The position numbers were made by a program, and so were the translations under genes. The notes beneath the pieces were generated by a model. The model was not told where the DNA came from and ran no database searches. It saw only the letters and a list, made by a program, of their open reading frames with translations. This document shows, one piece after another, positions 19,258 through 29,071 of a DNA stretch of 64,000 bases (position 1 is the first letter of the stretch; every line of letters starts with the position of its first letter). Origin of the DNA: an uncultured Chloroflexia bacterium (lineage in GTDB: Bacteria > Chloroflexota > Limnocylindria > Limnocylindrales > CSP1-4); NCBI GenBank assembly GCA_963713975.1, contig OY970218.1, positions 2,560,001 to 2,624,000 of the forward strand. The letters run 5' to 3'.

Positions 19258-19292
19258 CTGGCTAGAATGGCCAGATCGAATTGGCCTGTCAA
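19256..19292 (-). promoter_or_regulatory. Sigma70 promoter (leaderless) with overlapping palindromic operator for vapBC
   Basis: TTGACA (19292-19287)-17 nt-CATTCT (19269-19264)-6 nt-ATG; inverted repeat ATCTGGCTA-GAA-TGGCCAGAT 19256-19276. Confidence 0.8.
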
Positions 19293-19331
19293 GGCCAGTC
19301 CGGCGCCTGCCCGGGTCTGCCGGCCTCGTGC

Positions 19332-20483
19332 TCAGGCCGCCCCGGCGCCCGTCCGCGCGGGGACCGCGTGGATGCCCCGACGCGCTGCCCGGGCGGCGCC
19401 GTCCGCGAGCGCATCGACCAGTGCCGTGCCGAGCTGGCCCCACTCGGTGAGGAACGCGTCGTGCCCCTTGACCGAGTCGAGCTCCCGGTACGTGGCATCC
19501 ACGCCGGCCGCGGTGGCATCGGCGACCAGTGCCCGGACCTGGGTGGGGCCGTACAGGATGTCGCCTTCAATGCCCAGGCCGGTGAGTCCCATCTCGGTGG
19601 TCGCGAGTGCGCCGAACGCCTCGAGGATCCCGCCCCGGCCCCGGCCCACGTCGTGGCCGTCCATGACCCGGACGAGGACGCGGTAGGTCTCGGCGTCGAA
19701 CCGGTCCGTCAGCTTGGCGCCCTGGTGGTCGAGGTACGAGTTGACCGCGAAGCGCCCGTCCGCCTGGATGGAGCGGCCGAACCGGGCGTCGAAGTCGGCT
19801 TCGGAGCGGTAGGTGGTCATGGCCAGCTGGCGGGCGATCGCGAGACCCTCCTCGCCCAGCCGGTCCAGGATCTCCAGCTGGATGTGGTTCCAGGCGATGG
19901 CGAGGCCCCCGGTCGCCGCCGGCGCCGCGACCGGCATGACGTGGTCCACGCCGTCCGGTCGCTCAAGGGCGACCTCGAGCGAGATCATGCCGCCCAGGGA
20001 GCCGCCCGCGACCAGCGCGAACCGCCCGATGCCCAACCGGTCCGCGAGCGCCCACAGGATGCGAGCCTCGTCGCGAGCGGTGGGCTGGGGGAAGGCCGCC
20101 CCATACGGCTCGCCGGTATCCGGGTCCAGCGAGGTGGGTCCCGTGGATCCGTACCGGCCGCCGAGCAGGTTCGCGCACAGGACGCCAACGCGGTTGGTGT
20201 CGAGTGCCCGTCCGGGACCGATGACCGGCGCCCACCAATCGCCGGCCGCGTCGGCCGATCCGGTGAGCGCATGGACGACGAGTACCTGCGGCGCGTCCGG
20301 TCCGGGGCCGTCGTGCCGGTACGCGATGGTCACCGGGATGGTCGAGCCTTCTTCCAGGCTCACCGGCCCGAGGTCGGCGGCCTCGAGCCGCCCGGTCCCC
20401 AAGGGGAGGCGGGCGGCCTGGTTCACGGTTCCGGGCCCCGGGAGGGTTCCGTCTCCCGGGGCGTTCTCCTGGTCTGGCGCCAT
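19332..20483 (-). CDS. metX: Homoserine O-acetyltransferase
   Basis: VVHALTGS, WWAPVIGPG, NLLGGRYGSTGP, GGSLGGM, SYLDHQG, GHDAFL; start could alternatively be GTG at 20426. Confidence 0.9.
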   Translation of the reverse strand: MAPDQENAPGDGTLPGPGTVNQAARLPLGTGRLEAADLGPVSLEEGSTIPVTIAYRHDGPGPDAPQVLVVHALTGSADAAGDWWAPVIGPGRALDTNRVGVLCANLLGGRYGSTGPTSLDPDTGEPYGAAFPQPTARDEARILWALADRLGIGRFALVAGGSLGGMISLEVALERPDGVDHVMPVAAPAATGGLAIAWNHIQLEILDRLGEEGLAIARQLAMTTYRSEADFDARFGRSIQADGRFAVNSYLDHQGAKLTDRFDAETYRVLVRVMDGHDVGRGRGGILEAFGALATTEMGLTGLGIEGDILYGPTQVRALVADATAAGVDATYRELDSVKGHDAFLTEWGQLGTALVDALADGAARAARRGIHAVPARTGAGAA

Positions 20484-20491
20484 GGCGGGGC

Positions 20492-21898
<1,407 letters not shown>

Positions 21899-21920
21899 CT
21901 ACCCGTCGCTTGTGCCGGAG

Positions 21921-21954
21921 AACAACAAAGCCGCGAACCGTCCTGGTTCGCGGC
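21921..21954 (-). terminator. Intrinsic terminator in the metY leader (attenuator)
   Basis: Minus strand GCCGCGAACC-AGGAC-GGTTCGCGGC followed by TTTGTTGTT, about 100 nt before the metY ATG. Confidence 0.85.
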
Positions 21955-21998
21955 CCCGGGACCTCGGCTCCGAGATCCCCGCTGTCACTCGCTGAAGG

Positions 21999-22097
21999 TC
22001 AGCGCGCGGAGTCTCGGCGCCCGTCCTCCGAACGACGGGGCCGCCCACGCATGCACATCAGCCAGGAGACGGTGGTGTGGCTCATCAGGCTGCGCAT
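21999..22097 (-). CDS. Putative Met/Cys-sensing leader peptide of metY-metX
   Basis: MRSLMSHTTVSWLMCMRGRPRRSEDGRRDSAR-stop with an ATG-TGC-ATG core; alternative start at 22085; lies just upstream of the terminator. Confidence 0.7.
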   Translation of the reverse strand: MRSLMSHTTVSWLMCMRGRPRRSEDGRRDSAR

Positions 22098-22201
22098 GGT
22101 GGGGGAGCGGCCCGGCCTTCGTCAAGTCAAGCCGGGCGCCGCAACCGAAACACAACCTCACGGCGGGTCCGAACGCAGGAACGCGTCCGCGGCGTGACGA
22201 G

Positions 22202-22231
22202 AAGGGCCCGCCGTCGCCGGCGGGCCCTGTT
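22202..22231. terminator. Stem-loop downstream of secreted-protein paralogue 1
   Basis: AGGGCCCGCCG-TCGC-CGGCGGGCCCT; near-identical hairpin at ~22971-22998. Confidence 0.7.
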
Positions 22232-22249
22232 GAGCGAGGGAGGTGGAGG

Positions 22250-22834
22250 TCAGCCGCTGGTGCCGGCCGACGGGGCGGGTGTTGCGTTCGGGTTCGTGCC
22301 GTCGGGAGCCGTGCCGTCCCAGTCGCCGCCCGGGCCGCCGCGGAAGCCGCCGTGACCACGGCCGCCGCCCATGAGGCCGCGCCCGATGGCCTGGAGCTCG
22401 TCGGTCGTGATCTTGCCGTCGTCCATCACCCCGGTCATCGCGCGGAGCCGGCTGTCGGCGGGGAGCTGGTTGAACTCGTCCTGGGTGATCACGCCGTCGG
22501 CGAGGAAGCCCTGGAGCTGGGTGCGCTCGGCGTCGCGCGCCGCGCGCTGGGCTGTGCGCTCGGCGACGAGTGCGTCGACGATGGCGGTCTTCTGCGCCTC
22601 GGTGATGGTTCCCTTGGCGACGAGGTCGTCGAGGACCGTGGACAGCTGGGTGTCCTCGAAGTCGGGCTTGACGTTGGTCCCGGCAGCCGGGTCCGGGGTT
22701 GCCGACGGGGCGGCGGGATCTGCGACGGTGGTCGCCGCGGAACCGTCGCCCGACGTCGCCAGGACCGCGCCGGTCGCCCCGACGAGGAGCACGCCGGCGA
22801 GCGGGATGCCGATGACGTTTCTGGTGAGCTTCAC
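22250..22834 (-). CDS. Secreted hypothetical protein (paralogue 1)
   Basis: 194 aa; CCGGAGG RBS; signal peptide; LDDLVAKGTITEAQKTAI, FLADGVITQDEF, MDDGKITTDEL; Gly-rich tail. Confidence 0.85.
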   Translation of the reverse strand: MKLTRNVIGIPLAGVLLVGATGAVLATSGDGSAATTVADPAAPSATPDPAAGTNVKPDFEDTQLSTVLDDLVAKGTITEAQKTAIVDALVAERTAQRAARDAERTQLQGFLADGVITQDEFNQLPADSRLRAMTGVMDDGKITTDELQAIGRGLMGGGRGHGGFRGGPGGDWDGTAPDGTNPNATPAPSAGTSG

Positions 22835-22922
22835 GATTGCCTCCGGGGTGGGGACGCGTCGTCCGACGCGCCTGGATTGACCCCAGCGTCACTGCGCCGG
22901 CTGAACGCTCGCCATGCAGCGG

Positions 22923-22939
22923 CTGTGAACTGGCTGTGA
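22923..22939 (-). promoter_or_regulatory. OmpR/MprA-type direct-repeat box
   Basis: Minus strand TCACAG-CCAGT-TCACAG (11-bp period); matches the box at 25891-25907. Confidence 0.65.
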
Positions 22940-22970
22940 CCCCGAGGCGCACCCCCCGGCGCCCACGAAG

Positions 22971-22998
22971 AAGGCCCGCCGTTGCCGGCGGGCCTCTT
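22971..22998. terminator. Stem-loop downstream of secreted-protein paralogue 2
   Basis: AGGCCCGCCG-TTGC-CGGCGGGCCT followed on the minus strand by TCTTCGT. Confidence 0.65.
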
Positions 22999-23020
22999 GG
23001 GGGATCGTTCGCGTTGGGGG

Positions 23021-23605
23021 TCAGCCGCCGGTGCCGGCCGTCGGCGTGGGCGAAGCGTCCGGGGTCTTGTCCTTCCCGAACCAGCCGCCGCCGAAGCCGT
23101 GGCCGCGACCCTTGTCACCGCCGAAGAAGAACCCGCCGCGCCCGAGCGCCTTGAGCTCGTCGGTCGTGATCATGCCGTCATCCATCACGCCGGTCAGCTT
23201 GCGCAGGTAGCTGTCCGCGGGCAGCTTGTTGAACTCCTCCTTGGTGATCACGCCGTCGGCGAGGAAGTCCTTCGTCTGCCGCCAGTCGGCCTTCGCCTTC
23301 TCCATGGCGGCCTTGCGAGCCTCCTGGCGTGCGGTCTGCTCGGCTGCGACGGCCTCGAGGATCGCCGTCTTCTGGGCGGCGGTGATCGTGCCCTTCGCGA
23401 CCAGCGCGTCGAGCGCATCCGTGAGGACGGTGTCGGTCTTGAAGGGCTTCCTGGTCGGCTCCGCGGTCGGGGTGGCGGTCGGGGCGGCAGGAGCCTGGGC
23501 CTCGGGCGCGGCCGGGCTGCTCGTGGTCGCCATGACGGCGCCCGCGGCCCCGACGAGCAGGACAATCGCGAGCGGGATGCCGATGGTGGTCGTGTTGAGC
23601 TTCAC
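23021..23605 (-). CDS. Secreted hypothetical protein (paralogue 2)
   Basis: 194 aa from GTG after CCGGAGG; collinear with 22250-22834 (LDALVAKGTITAAQKTAI, FLADGVITKEEF, MDDGMITTDEL). Confidence 0.85.
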   Translation of the reverse strand: MKLNTTTIGIPLAIVLLVGAAGAVMATTSSPAAPEAQAPAAPTATPTAEPTRKPFKTDTVLTDALDALVAKGTITAAQKTAILEAVAAEQTARQEARKAAMEKAKADWRQTKDFLADGVITKEEFNKLPADSYLRKLTGVMDDGMITTDELKALGRGGFFFGGDKGRGHGFGGGWFGKDKTPDASPTPTAGTGG

Positions 23606-23651
23606 CTGATGCCTCCGGTGAGCGGCGCGTCGACGGGCGACGGCCGGATGG

Positions 23652-25103
23652 TCACGGCGTGGGCTCCACGACTGTACGCCCGGTGTCATGGGGCTGGCTA
23701 CCCCCGGTGATGCCGAGGCGCACCACAAACGTCGCACCACCATCGGGCGTGGTCTCGTGCCACATCCGCCCGCCGTGGGCCGCCACGATGGCCGCGACGA
23801 TCGAGAGACCGAGGCCGGATCCGCCCCGATCGCGCGATCGGCCGGGGTCGCCGCGGTAGAAGCGGTCGAAGACGCGGGGCCCGTGGTCGGGGTCGATCCC
23901 GGGGCCATGGTCCACGACGCGCAGCTCGGCATCGGTGTCGCGTGTGCCAACGACGATCTCGACCGGCGTCGACGCGCCGGCGTGCACTCGGACGTTGGCG
24001 AGGAGGTTGGCCACGACCTGGCGGAGGCGGTCATCGTCCCCCTGGACGATGACCGGCCGGTCGATGGCACCGGTCACGGGGCGGTCTGGCTCCATCGCCC
24101 GCAGGTCCTCGATGGCATCATCGGCGATCCGGGCCAGGTCCACCGGGTCACGCCGGATCGGGCGACCCTGGTCGAGCCGAACAAGCAGGAGCAGGTCCTC
24201 CACCAGGACGCCCATGCGCCGGCTCTCGGTCCCGATCCGGTCCATGGCGGTATCCAGCGCTCCAGCATCGGTCAGGCCACCCGCCCGGTACAGGTCGGCA
24301 TAGCCGCGCACGGTCGTGAGGGGCGTGCGCAGCTCGTGGGATGCATCGGCGACGAAGCGCCGGAGTCGATCCTCGCTCCACTCCTTGGCGGCGAGGGCGC
24401 CCTGCTGCTCGTCGAACGCGGTCTCGATCTGGTCCAGCATGCTGTCGAAGGCAGTCCCCAGCCGTCCGACCTCCGTTTCGTCGTGCGGGAGACCGGCGCG
24501 ATGAGTCAGGTCTCCGACCGCGATCTGGTCGGCGGTCGTGGCGATCCGCTCGAGGGGCAGGAGGTCGCGCCGGATCACCAGCCAGGCAACGGCCACGAGC
24601 CCGACCATCGCGATCGCGCCTACCACCAGCAGGGTGCGGATCAACGCCGCCTCGGCGGTCTCCACGCTCGTCATCGGCGCCGCGATCGCCACCACCTGGT
24701 CCGCACGTCCGCGGGCGGTGAGCACGCGGTAGGACAGGGAGCCGTCAACGGCCTGCCGGTCCTCGATGCGCCCGAAGGCAGAATCCGGGAGGCCGGCCTC
24801 GTAGACGGGAAGGGCTGGCAGGGGATCGGGGTCGGTCGCGAAGCCGGACGGTACGCCGCGGACCACGTTGCCGCGGCGGTCGAGGCGGATCACCGCGAGG
24901 CGGCGGCCGGCCTCGGTGTCGGAGTCCGTGAGCCCGGTGAGGCGGTCGAGGGGTCCGGACTGGGCGACGAGGGACTCGAGATCGCGGTCGATACGGTCGA
25001 TGAGCGCCACCCGCGTCAGGCCGACCAGGAGGAAGCCGGAGACGACGAGCGCGACGGCCAGCATCAGCGCCAGCGATGCGAGGAGGCGGCTGCGGAGGCT
25101 CAC
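23652..25103 (-). CDS. HAMP-domain sensor histidine kinase
   Basis: Two TM segments, HAMP (EVGRLGTAFDSML), FVADASHELRTPL, NLLAN, DHGPGI, FDRFYR, GGSGLGL. Confidence 0.96.
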   Translation of the reverse strand: MSLRSRLLASLALMLAVALVVSGFLLVGLTRVALIDRIDRDLESLVAQSGPLDRLTGLTDSDTEAGRRLAVIRLDRRGNVVRGVPSGFATDPDPLPALPVYEAGLPDSAFGRIEDRQAVDGSLSYRVLTARGRADQVVAIAAPMTSVETAEAALIRTLLVVGAIAMVGLVAVAWLVIRRDLLPLERIATTADQIAVGDLTHRAGLPHDETEVGRLGTAFDSMLDQIETAFDEQQGALAAKEWSEDRLRRFVADASHELRTPLTTVRGYADLYRAGGLTDAGALDTAMDRIGTESRRMGVLVEDLLLLVRLDQGRPIRRDPVDLARIADDAIEDLRAMEPDRPVTGAIDRPVIVQGDDDRLRQVVANLLANVRVHAGASTPVEIVVGTRDTDAELRVVDHGPGIDPDHGPRVFDRFYRGDPGRSRDRGGSGLGLSIVAAIVAAHGGRMWHETTPDGGATFVVRLGITGGSQPHDTGRTVVEPTP

Positions 25104-25157
25104 CTGGACCTCACCACCGGCTGGTTGCGCCGGCTTTGTGCGGTCGTCGTGCGCATG

Positions 25158-25868
25158 TCAGGCGGCGTCCTCGGCGCGCAGGACGTAGCCGAAGCCGCGG
25201 ACGGTCCTGATCAGGCGTGGTCCCGCATCGTCCAGCTTGCGGCGGAGGTAGCTCACGTATGTCTCCACGACGTTGTCCTCGCCGTTGAAGTCGTACTGCC
25301 AGACGTGGTCCAGGATCTGTTGCTTGGACAGCACGCGCTCCGGGTTGAGCAGGAAGTAGCGCAGGAGCCGGAACTCGGTGGGGGAGAGAAGTGCCTCGCG
25401 GCCCGAGCGCCAGACCTGGTGCCGATCCTCGTCCATCTCCAGGTCTCGGTAACGAAGGCGCGGGAGTGCGTCCTCGTCGCCATCCCGTCCCTTGCCGACC
25501 CGCCGCAGGAGCGCCGAGATGCGCAGCGTCAGCTCCTCCAGCGAGAACGGCTTGGTGACGTAGTCGTCGCCCCCGCGGACGAACCCCGTGACCCGGTCGT
25601 CCTCTGAGTCGCGCGCGGAAAGGAACATCACCGGGACGTGATCGCGCGCGTCGCGCAGCCTGCGGCAGACCTCGAAGCCGTCGATGTCGGGGAGCATCAC
25701 GTCCAGGACCACCAGGTCCGGCGCGACCGTGGCGGCAGCGTCGAGGGCGGCGAAGCCGGTGGGCGCAACGGTCACCTGGTAGCCCATGTAGCGCAGGGCC
25801 GTCGCGAGCAGCTCGGTGATGGCCGGCTCGTCGTCGACGACGAGGATGTGGGCGGGGGCGGCGCGCAT
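25158..25868 (-). CDS. OmpR-family response regulator
   Basis: ILVVDDE, VLDVMLPD, DDYVTKPF, LSPTEF, VVETYVSYLRRK, IRTVRGFGY. Confidence 0.96.
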   Translation of the reverse strand: MRAAPAHILVVDDEPAITELLATALRYMGYQVTVAPTGFAALDAAATVAPDLVVLDVMLPDIDGFEVCRRLRDARDHVPVMFLSARDSEDDRVTGFVRGGDDYVTKPFSLEELTLRISALLRRVGKGRDGDEDALPRLRYRDLEMDEDRHQVWRSGREALLSPTEFRLLRYFLLNPERVLSKQQILDHVWQYDFNGEDNVVETYVSYLRRKLDDAGPRLIRTVRGFGYVLRAEDAA

Positions 25869-25874
25869 GCGTCC

Positions 25875-25907
25875 ATTCCACGCCCCTCTCCTGAGAGGTT
25901 CCTGTGA
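25875..25907 (-). promoter_or_regulatory. Autoregulatory MprA-like box and leaderless promoter of the response regulator
   Basis: Minus strand TCACAG-GAACC-TCTCAG, 10 nt, TGGAAT, 6 nt, ATG. Confidence 0.65.
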
Positions 25908-26044
25908 GGTTTGGCTGGGACGCCCGAGCCAGGGCCCGACCGCCCACGGGGCTGCATCCCGCCAGGCACGACGCCGCCGATCCCATCGACGCCGCGAGAC
26001 GCAACGCGGGTGACGCGACTGCGCCCGCAGTGCATCATCCGGGC

Positions 26045-27049
26045 ATGTCAGACCTGCCTGCCTCGTTCCGCGCCTACGTCGTCGACCGTCCCGAGGGCGG
26101 CACCTTCTCTCGCGGTCTCCGTGAGATGAGCCCGGCGGAGCTGCCACCCGGCGAGATCACGATCCGGGTGGAATGGTCCAGCGTGAACTTCAAGGACGGC
26201 CTGGCCGCTCGCGAGGACGGCCGCGTGGCGCGCTCCTACCCGCTGATCCCCGGCATCGACCTCGCCGGCGTGGTCGTGGCCTCGGACGACGCCGCAGTGC
26301 CCGTGGGCGCCCGGGTTCTTGCCAACGGGTACGAGATCGGCACCGGGCGCCACGGTGGGTACGGCGAGCTCGCACGCCTGCCGTCGGACTGGGTGATTCC
26401 CCTGCCCGACGGGCTGACAGCCCGGGACGCGATGGCGATCGGCACCGCCGGGTTCACCGCCGCGATGAGCGTCCAGGCCCTGGAAGAGCGTGGTCTCCGC
26501 CCCGGCGACGGCCCGGTCCTCGTGACCGGCGCATCGGGCGGCGTGGGCTCGACCGCAATTGCGATCCTGTCATCACGCGGCCACGAGGTCTGGGCGGCGA
26601 CCGGCAAGGCGGATGAGGCCGACCGGCTGACGGCCCTGGGTGCCTCGGGGGTGCTGACTCGTGACGATGTCACCGCCCCGGGCCGGCCGCTCGACTCCGC
26701 GCGCTGGGCGGGCGCCGTGGACACGGTTGGCGCCGCCACCCTGCCCTACGTGTTGCGGACGCTCAAGCTGGGCGCCGCGGTCGCATCGTCGGGCAACGCG
26801 AGCGGCGCGGAGCTCACCACGACCGTGTTCCCGTTCATCCTGCGGGGCGTAGCGCTGCTCGGCATGGACTCCGCGAACATGGCGATCGAGGCGCGCCGGG
26901 CCCTCTGGAACCGGCTCGCCACGGACCTGTCGCCGCGTGGCATCGCCGTCGGCATCGCCGAGGTGGACCTGGCACACGTGGAGCCGGCCCTCGACGCGAT
27001 CGTCGCGGGCAAGGCACGCGGCCGCTGGGTGCTCCGCGTCTCCGAGTAG
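26045..27049 (+). CDS. YhdH/AcuI-family MDR oxidoreductase (acryloyl-CoA reductase-like)
   Basis: SSVNFKDGLA, PGIDLAG, AMAIGTAGFTA, VTGASGGVGS, PFILRGVALLGMDS. Confidence 0.92.
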   Translation: MSDLPASFRAYVVDRPEGGTFSRGLREMSPAELPPGEITIRVEWSSVNFKDGLAAREDGRVARSYPLIPGIDLAGVVVASDDAAVPVGARVLANGYEIGTGRHGGYGELARLPSDWVIPLPDGLTARDAMAIGTAGFTAAMSVQALEERGLRPGDGPVLVTGASGGVGSTAIAILSSRGHEVWAATGKADEADRLTALGASGVLTRDDVTAPGRPLDSARWAGAVDTVGAATLPYVLRTLKLGAAVASSGNASGAELTTTVFPFILRGVALLGMDSANMAIEARRALWNRLATDLSPRGIAVGIAEVDLAHVEPALDAIVAGKARGRWVLRVSE

Positions 27050-27096
27050 GTCCTCGTGGCCGGGTCGCGGATCGGCGGTCAGGCTCGCAGCTGCTT

Positions 27097-27918
27097 TCAG
27101 CCGTCGAGCTCGCCTCGTAGTTGCGCGAGCGCTCGCTCCAGCGGTTCCCGCGCCGTCGCGGCCGGGTAGGGTGCCGCCTCGATCGCCGCAGCAAGGTCCA
27201 TCTCGCCCGCGCTGACACGCCGTGCCAACGCCGCGATGGACCGGAACCCCTCCACGGAGGTCTCCACGAATGCCTTCCCGGCATGGGGGCCGTGCCCCGG
27301 CACCACCACGGTCCGCTCGCCCGTCATCGCCAGAATCCCGTCGGCCGTCGCCGGCCAGTCCATAGGGAAGCCGTCGCCGAAGTAGGGGGTCGCGCCGTTC
27401 TCCAGGAGGTCGCCCGCACAGAGGACTTCGGCGTCGGGAACCGTCACCACGATGTCGTTGTCCGTGTGGCCGCGTCCCAGGTACGCGAGCCGGATCTCGC
27501 GCCCGCCCAGGTCCAGCACGGCCGTCTCCGAGAACGTCTGGTCCGGCGGGTCCAGCACCACCTCGGCGAAATCTCCGGCGAGGTCGGGCATCTCCGCCGC
27601 GAGGGAGGCACGCCGTGTCTCGCCGTCGCGCTCGATCATCGCGACACACCGCTCGTGGCCCCAGATCACCGCCGGCCGGAAGACGTGGTTGCCGAACACG
27701 TGGTCGTAGTGGCCGTGGGTGTTGACGACGATGCCCACCCGCGGCGAGCCGAGGGCGCGGAGGTCGCCGAGGATCTCGCGCGCCTGGGCGTGCGTCGTGC
27801 GGGTGTCGATCACGAGGGCCTCGCCGTCGTCGCCCAGCACGGCCACGATGTTCTGGTCGTAGATGCGATAGCGACGCACGAACACGCGGTCGCCGATCTC
27901 GGTCCATGGTGCCGTCAT
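27097..27918 (-). CDS. Metallo-beta-lactamase-fold hydrolase
   Basis: VNTHGHYDHVFGN, GRGHTDND, AGDL, VPGHG. Confidence 0.9.
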   Translation of the reverse strand: MTAPWTEIGDRVFVRRYRIYDQNIVAVLGDDGEALVIDTRTTHAQAREILGDLRALGSPRVGIVVNTHGHYDHVFGNHVFRPAVIWGHERCVAMIERDGETRRASLAAEMPDLAGDFAEVVLDPPDQTFSETAVLDLGGREIRLAYLGRGHTDNDIVVTVPDAEVLCAGDLLENGATPYFGDGFPMDWPATADGILAMTGERTVVVPGHGPHAGKAFVETSVEGFRSIAALARRVSAGEMDLAAAIEAAPYPAATAREPLERALAQLRGELDG

Positions 27919-27964
27919 GCGCGGATCGTAGCCGGAGCCGCCTCCGACGGGCTACCCTGACGCG

Positions 27965-28885
27965 ATGGATGTACCGGTCGATCCCTGGGGCCCGACGATC
28001 GGCGCCGCGCCGATGGCGGATGGGACGAACCTGCGCACGCTGCACTGGGAGTCCGATGGCGAGCCGTGGGCGGTGACGGAGATCGTGCACGGACTGGGCG
28101 AGCACGGCGGCCGGTACGGCAACGTTGCCGGGGCGATGACCGACGCCGGCATCGACACCTGGGCCTACGACCACCGCGGCAACGGTGGCTCGGACGGACC
28201 CAGCGTGTACGTCGAGCGCTGGTCGATCCTGCACGACGATCTCCAGGCCCGGCTCACCAGCCTCCGCGAGGCGCACCCCGGCAGGCCGCTGGTCCTGTAC
28301 GGCCACTCGCTGGGCGGCCTCGTCGCCCTGGGCTATGTGCTCGCTGGGCGTGACCGCCCGCAGCCGGACCTGCTCGTGCTCTCGGCGCCGGCCCTCGATG
28401 CCGACCTGCCGGCCTGGAAGCGCCGGCTGGCGGGGGTCCTGACCGGGGTCGTGCCGAAGCTGCAGATGGCCAACGACCTGCCGGGTGGCGCCCGATCGCG
28501 TGACAAGGCCGTCGATTCGAACGTCGCGGCAGACCCGCTGTGCGCCGACAAGTCCACGGTCCGCTTCGGTGCCGAGGGGTTCAAGGAACAGGAGCGCGTC
28601 CGCCGCCTGCTCTCGGGCATGGCCGCGATGCCGGTCCCCACCTATGTCCTGCACGGGTCCGCGGATCCGATCGTGCCGCTCCGGGCGACCGACGTCTTCG
28701 ACGACATGGGCAACACGACCCGGCGCATCCACGGCGGCCTGCGCCACGAGTGCCACAACGAGCCCGAGCACGCCGAGGTCCTGGCGGAGGTCGTCGAATG
28801 GCTGGGTGCGACGGCTCCGGGTTCGGGTCCCGGGGCGCAGGGCACGCCGGATGCCGTACCCGAGCCCGCGTCGGCCGGGGTGTAG
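27965..28885 (+). CDS. Alpha/beta hydrolase (lysophospholipase/monoglyceride lipase-like)
   Basis: VHGLGEHGGRY, DHRGNG, GHSLGG, HGSADPIV, RHECHNE. Confidence 0.92.
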   Translation: MDVPVDPWGPTIGAAPMADGTNLRTLHWESDGEPWAVTEIVHGLGEHGGRYGNVAGAMTDAGIDTWAYDHRGNGGSDGPSVYVERWSILHDDLQARLTSLREAHPGRPLVLYGHSLGGLVALGYVLAGRDRPQPDLLVLSAPALDADLPAWKRRLAGVLTGVVPKLQMANDLPGGARSRDKAVDSNVAADPLCADKSTVRFGAEGFKEQERVRRLLSGMAAMPVPTYVLHGSADPIVPLRATDVFDDMGNTTRRIHGGLRHECHNEPEHAEVLAEVVEWLGATAPGSGPGAQGTPDAVPEPASAGV

Positions 28886-28907
28886 ACTCCGCGGACAATC
28901 ACATATC

Positions 28908-29000
28908 CGCCTCCGGGGAGCGCGACAAGCGCTGAGAGTGTGGCTCCCGCAGCCACAGACCCGCGGAACCTGATCCGGCTCGTACCGGTGTAGGAAGCAG
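28908..29000 (+). ncRNA. TPP riboswitch
   Basis: GGGGAGC...GCTGAGA...GACCC...GAACCTGATCCGGCTCGTACCGGTGTAGGAA matches the TPP aptamer; upstream of a ThiY-like gene. Confidence 0.93.
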
Positions 29001-29071
29001 GCCCGCTCGGTTCCACGCCGTCCCCGGTTCCCGGGGGCGGTCGTTTCCTGTCTGGAGGCACCGACGCCCTC

